A DNA stretch of 37,646 bases. Origin: a virus. Lineage: Duplodnaviria > Caudoviricetes. Location: positions 1-37,646 of the IMG/VR virus record IMGVR_UViG_3300030376_006176; one strand, written 5' to 3'. The notes under the pieces are model-generated. The model made no database searches, was not told the DNA's origin, and was given only the letters and a program-made list of their open reading frames with translations. Position numbers and translations under genes: made by a program. Of this stretch, positions 35,754 through 37,646 are shown piece after piece; position 1 is the first letter of the stretch; each line of letters opens with the position of its first letter.

Positions 35754-37646
35754 CTATTGGCCCCAAATCGCTCGAATAGCTTCAATGTCTATATCAGTTA
35801 CTGGATTGCCTTCGTCATCAAACTCAACTTCCAAAACATCTGCATAGCCAGCTTTGATAAGCCCACCAACTATTTGACGCAAATGTTTTGCCATTGCTTT
35901 TCGCCCGCGCACGGCATCACGCTGTGCAATGCGCATGTTTTTACGAAATAAATCATTTTCACTTTCTGGAACTACTGCAGAAATGTTTTCATAAGCAACT
36001 TCCCAGTTGTCAGGCCAGCTTTCTGGGTTGCCGTCATCATCAAATTTTACAGGTACGCCGTGCCATTGTTTTTCACGCAATGAAGCAATGCGTTGTTGTT
36101 CAGCACGTTTTAGTTTTTCTGCACCTGCTTGCTCTGCTCGTTTTGCTTTCGTGCGTTTAGTAGTACGCGCTAAAATATCGGCTTCTTGGCCTTCGTGATA
36201 ACTATCAGCTGCATCTGCACCGACCAACGCAGCGCCTGTGCCTGCAGTACCTAATGCAGTTGCAACAGGAGCACGTCTAAACGCTTCTCGTACAACTGGT
36301 GCCGCTACAGCGCCTACACCAGCGCCGACAGGCCCACCTACAGTGCCACCAACACCTGCGCCTACACCGCTAGTAACAGCTGCTTTAGCGCCTTTGCGTG
36401 CCATGCCTTCAATACGTTGTGATAACGGCAACGCTTCTGCTACTTCTTCAACAACTTCTTCGGTTGCTTCTGCTGCAGGCTTACTTGCTGGCTTGCTTGT
36501 TGCTCGGATCGGTCGTTCTTTTGCAGCTTGAGCAATAAAATTGCGTCGCTCAACGCCAGTCATTTCGCCGTAAGGTTTTTTAGCTAACTCTGCTGCTCGT
36601 TTACCAATTTGTTTTTTGCGTACAACCGAATCAGGCAATGCTGCCCATTCATCAAATGTTGCTTGCGCAGCTACTGCGTCATCAGGCTCGGCAGCTTTTG
36701 CTGCAGCTCGTCGCTCAGACGCTTGTTGTAAGTTTTTAGCTTCTGCAGTGCTTTGCTGTGTTTGATTTGTTAGTTTATTACGAGCACGACTAAGCGTTTT
36801 GCGTGCAGCTTCAACTTGTGCTGGCGTTCCAGTTTTAGCTGCTGCTTCAATTTGCTGCTCAAGATTACTTACAAAAGTTTCATCAACTGTGTCTGGCAGC
36901 TTTTGTTTTGCAACTTTACGCAAATCACGGTCAGCATTTTTCCTAGATTTTGTTTCTGCCTTGCGTTGCTGCTGTGCGCGCTGCTTTGCAATATCATCAG
37001 CACTTCGTGTTTGCCCAGCCATTGATGGCCTGGGTGCTGCTTCGTTTGCTTGACGTGCAACTGTTCCACGAAGTTCTTCGTCTACAACACGCGCTTCTGA
37101 CGCTGTGTCTTCAGCTCTTGCTGCTGCACGAGTTTGACCAGTGCGTTGCGCTCGACGGCTACCTGTTTTGGCAGCTTGCCCACCAACCTCGACTGTCGTT
37201 GTGCCAACTGCTTCTGCAACTTTGGCTTCTTTACCTAATGTAGCTGCTTGACCTGCGGCTTCTTCAACGCGTTCGGTTTTCCGTTCAGCCTCTGATAACT
37301 TTTCAGCTGCTTCTGAGCGTTCAGCACCACGGCTAGTTTTTACTTTGCGTGATGGTTGGAATAATTTTTTACCTGGCTGCGCATTGTCAACTAGATCAAT
37401 CCATACAGACGCTTCTTCTTGCGCATTGAGTTGTTTAGGGTTTTTACCAAACAACTTACGGCTGCGATCACTAACTTGTTGCGCTGTAAACGCTTCGGGA
37501 ATGTCATCTAAGGTTTTGAGTTCATCAAGCTGGTTTAGTTCTTTAGCCATGCGGGCAGTAATCAAACCACCCTTTTTTGCGCCAATGCCAATAACACCAG
37601 CCATACCCATGCCAGGAATGCCAATAGTCGATAAATCTTCTGATAC
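35754..37646 (-). CDS. 3' part of the large Ala/Lys/Arg-rich putative virion protein that starts at 856
   Basis: Open to the window edge; contains GVGAGVGGTVGGPVGAGVGAVAAP glycine zipper. Confidence 0.85.
   Translation of the reverse strand, partial: VSEDLSTIGIPGMGMAGVIGIGAKKGGLITARMAKELNQLDELKTLDDIPEAFTAQQVSDRSRKLFGKNPKQLNAQEEASVWIDLVDNAQPGKKLFQPSRKVKTSRGAERSEAAEKLSEAERKTERVEEAAGQAATLGKEAKVAEAVGTTTVEVGGQAAKTGSRRAQRTGQTRAAARAEDTASEARVVDEELRGTVARQANEAAPRPSMAGQTRSADDIAKQRAQQQRKAETKSRKNADRDLRKVAKQKLPDTVDETFVSNLEQQIEAAAKTGTPAQVEAARKTLSRARNKLTNQTQQSTAEAKNLQQASERRAAAKAAEPDDAVAAQATFDEWAALPDSVVRKKQIGKRAAELAKKPYGEMTGVERRNFIAQAAKERPIRATSKPASKPAAEATEEVVEEVAEALPLSQRIEGMARKGAKAAVTSGVGAGVGGTVGGPVGAGVGAVAAPVVREAFRRAPVATALGTAGTGAALVGADAADSYHEGQEADILARTTKRTKAKRAEQAGAEKLKRAEQQRIASLREKQWHGVPVKFDDDGNPESWPDNWEVAYENISAVVPESENDLFRKNMRIAQRDAVRGRKAMAKHLRQIVGGLIKAGYADVLEVEFDDEGNPVTDIDIEAIRAIWGQ
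37136..37646. repeat. Right copy of the imperfect 511-bp terminal direct repeat
   Basis: Colinear with 1-511. Confidence 0.95.

Overview
The window is an apparently complete, circularly permuted genome of a short-tailed (podovirus-like) dsDNA phage, about 37.1 kb of unique sequence. Positions 1-511 and 37136-37646 are two diverged alleles of the same segment of one gene. The minus strand carries two blocks of late genes. The first (7171 leftward) runs small terminase, membrane proteins, large terminase, scaffold and major capsid. The second (37646 to 16770) runs a 745-aa low-complexity protein spanning the join, portal, adaptor, nozzle, tail proteins, three ejection proteins (one with a lysozyme-like domain), an M15 peptidase endolysin, a tandem-LamG receptor-binding protein and a holin. 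The plus strand (7898-16650) holds early genes and a recombination/replication module (RecE-like exonuclease, Sak/Rad52-like annealase, SSB, RusA, DnaC-like ATPase, PAPS-reductase-family protein). No integrase, polymerase, primase or helicase was recognised. The main novel observation is in the holin gene. It has an in-frame G-GGA-AAG slippery heptamer with a GGAGG 13 nt upstream. The -1 frame has no start codon of its own and encodes a 73-aa, four-beta-strand segment ending in GTVGMEWRW, like an outer-membrane beta-barrel anchor. This suggests a frameshift-generated holin/outer-membrane-anchor fusion, possibly replacing spanins. All product calls come from motif recognition by eye, not database searches.
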